From NCBI GenBank assembly GCA_963778115.1, contig CAVZSV010000004.1, forward strand, positions 1,792,001-1,856,000: a stretch of DNA of 64,000 nt, in the 5' to 3' direction. Origin of the DNA: an uncultured delta proteobacterium (lineage in GTDB: Bacteria > Bdellovibrionota > FAC87 > UBA2466). Positions 62,561-64,000 of this stretch are shown here, piece by piece (the first letter of the stretch is position 1; each line of letters begins with the position of its first letter). The notes below the pieces were generated by a model. The model saw only the letters and a list, made by a program, of their open reading frames with translations, did no database searches and was not told where the DNA came from. Position numbers and translations under genes: made by a program.

Positions 62561-62569
62561 TCACAAGGC

Positions 62570-62613
62570 AAAAAAAATGCCCCGAGTGCGGCAAACTCGC
62601 CGACCCAGGGCAT
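62570..62613 (-). terminator. Rho-independent terminator of ahpC
   Basis: Minus strand ATGCCC...CGGC-loop-GCCG...GGGCAT followed by a T run. Confidence 0.7.
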
Positions 62614-62631
62614 CCCTAAAAGATCCGAACT

Positions 62632-63171
62632 TTAAAGAGTGGCTTGACCAGGTTCCCAATTACACGGAGTCAATTCACCCGTTTGCAACGCTTTTAAGGT
62701 TCTTAAGACCTCTTTAACGTTACGTCCCACGGACAGATCGTTGACTGACACCCACCGTACGACGCCTTCAGGATCGACGATAAAAGTGGCGCGAAGCGGT
62801 ACTTGATCGATGGGATGCAGTATCCCTAGTGCATTGCTCAGCTCTTTCTTGTAATCCGATAACATAGGGAAGGTAAGTTTTTTGAGGCCCGCGTGATGGG
62901 TTCTCCAGGCTAAGTGGACAAACTTACTGTCTGCACTTCCCCCTATTAGTTGAGCGCCCAGCTCCTGAAAGCTCTTATGCTCTTTATTGAACTCTTCGAT
63001 CTCAGTGGGACAAACGAAAGTGAAATCGAGTGGCCAGAAGAAAAAGACCGACCATTTTCCCCGAATGGATTTTGAGTCAAGTTGTGCGAACTCTTTGCCG
63101 GGATCCAGCGACACGACAGCATCCGCGGAAAATTCAGGGAACTTCTCTCCGATACCAAGTAGACGATTCAT
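62632..63171 (-). CDS. ahpC: 2-Cys peroxiredoxin AhpC
   Basis: FFWPLDFTFVCPTEI, RATFIVDPEG, VGRNVKEVLR, ELTPCNW. Confidence 0.93.
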   Translation of the reverse strand: MNRLLGIGEKFPEFSADAVVSLDPGKEFAQLDSKSIRGKWSVFFFWPLDFTFVCPTEIEEFNKEHKSFQELGAQLIGGSADSKFVHLAWRTHHAGLKKLTFPMLSDYKKELSNALGILHPIDQVPLRATFIVDPEGVVRWVSVNDLSVGRNVKEVLRTLKALQTGELTPCNWEPGQATL

Positions 63172-63199
63172 CGTTATCTCCTTTTATTATTATTCTATT

Positions 63200-63216
63200 T
63201 TTAGACATATTCTAAA
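63200..63216. promoter_or_regulatory. Palindromic Fur-family (Irr/ICE-like) operator upstream of ahpC
   Basis: TTTAGAC-ATA-TTCTAAA; a second copy lies at 63672-63688. Confidence 0.65.
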
Positions 63217-63231
63217 TTCGATCCAAAAAAA

Positions 63232-63666
63232 TTAGACCTTTCGGCCCGTTAAGATGACCTCGACTCCTCGAATCTGAAACTGCTTTCCTAGTTGGGGAAT
63301 AATTTTTAGCTGTTCGGGTTCGAGATCAAAAATTTCACCTGAAGACTCGTCCACGAAGTGATAATGCTCGTCTACCTTACAGTCGTAGATGACCTTATCG
63401 GAGTGAGGAAACCTAAATTCACGAATGAAGCCTCCCTCCACCAAAACTTTGAGCGTGTTGTAAACGGTAGCTAGACTGAGTTTTGGAAAATTCTTATCAG
63501 CCCAGTCTTTAATCTCTTCCGCCGTCGGATGATCGGCTTCACATAACAGATAGCGACAAAGCGCTATCCGCTGAGCAGTCGGCTGGATATTTTTTGAAAC
63601 CAATTTCTGTTCGATCTCAGCCGCTGAAAGTTTGGGGCGAGCCGTATGTGTCCGAGAACGTTTCAT
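63232..63666 (-). CDS. Fur-family regulator (Irr/PerR-like, no CxxC motifs)
   Basis: PTAQRIA...HPTAEEI...LSLATVYNTL...HYHF. Confidence 0.9.
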   Translation of the reverse strand: MKRSRTHTARPKLSAAEIEQKLVSKNIQPTAQRIALCRYLLCEADHPTAEEIKDWADKNFPKLSLATVYNTLKVLVEGGFIREFRFPHSDKVIYDCKVDEHYHFVDESSGEIFDLEPEQLKIIPQLGKQFQIRGVEVILTGRKV

Positions 63667-63671
63667 CTAGC

Positions 63672-63688
63672 TTTAGAGTAATTCTAAG
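63672..63688. promoter_or_regulatory. Second ICE-like operator just upstream of the regulator start
   Basis: TTTAGAG-TAA-TTCTAAG. Confidence 0.6.
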
Positions 63689-63854
63689 CTTAGAAGGAAT
63701 CAATAGTGAGATTGTGAAATTTACTAAATATATGATTTTATATATTATTTTTGAAGCGGGCCCCTTCCCGAGCCCACAGGCTTCAGGCCAGCTCCCTTAC
63801 AAAAGCCCATTTTTCCTCCCCGTTTCCGCTATTCCGAAGTAAACTCTGGTCGTC

Positions 63855-64000
63855 ATGTTTCGTTACGCAATCATACTCACTCTTCTTATTTCAGGATTCG
63901 CAAAAGCTTCGTCGCAAACGACGACTTTGCAGTCTCCTTCTGCGCTTTACCGTGATTTGACTCCGACGGAAGCGCCGATTTTAGAGGAGCAGCCACCAAA
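63855..64000 (+). CDS. 5' part of a secreted protein, runs off the window
   Basis: Open frame MFRYAIILTLLISGFAKA-SSQTTT... to the window end. Confidence 0.55.
   Translation, partial: MFRYAIILTLLISGFAKASSQTTTLQSPSALYRDLTPTEAPILEEQPP

Overview
Bacterial window of moderate GC, mostly accessory genes. It holds many orphan proteins with signal peptides, secreted peptidases, two CAP-domain proteins, two sigma-54 promoters and a CarF/TMEM189-type desaturase. This mix loosely suggests a Bdellovibrionota/Myxococcota-like organism (inference, not determined). Recognisable blocks: a small glycosylation operon (8950-13318), an ArsR/SRPBCC pair, tRNA-Ser(GGA) at 42682-42768, an IS4-family IS50/Tn5-like element (45496-46987), an isonitrile (PvcA/PvcB-type) biosynthetic cluster (50226-55779), a TGT fused to an MnmC-type methyltransferase (60488-62560) and a Fur/Irr-type regulator with ahpC. 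The most unusual structure is non-coding. Downstream of the tRNA, single cargo genes are bracketed by recurring structured left arms (4 copies) and right arms (2 copies) joined through a short tRNA 3'-end core, with no integrase in the window. A ~95-bp palindromic REPIN/MITE-like element is part of these arms and also occurs elsewhere, abutting stop codons. Several genes carry frameshifts or in-frame stops, which could be real decay or assembly errors. All family calls come from motif recognition by eye, not database searches.
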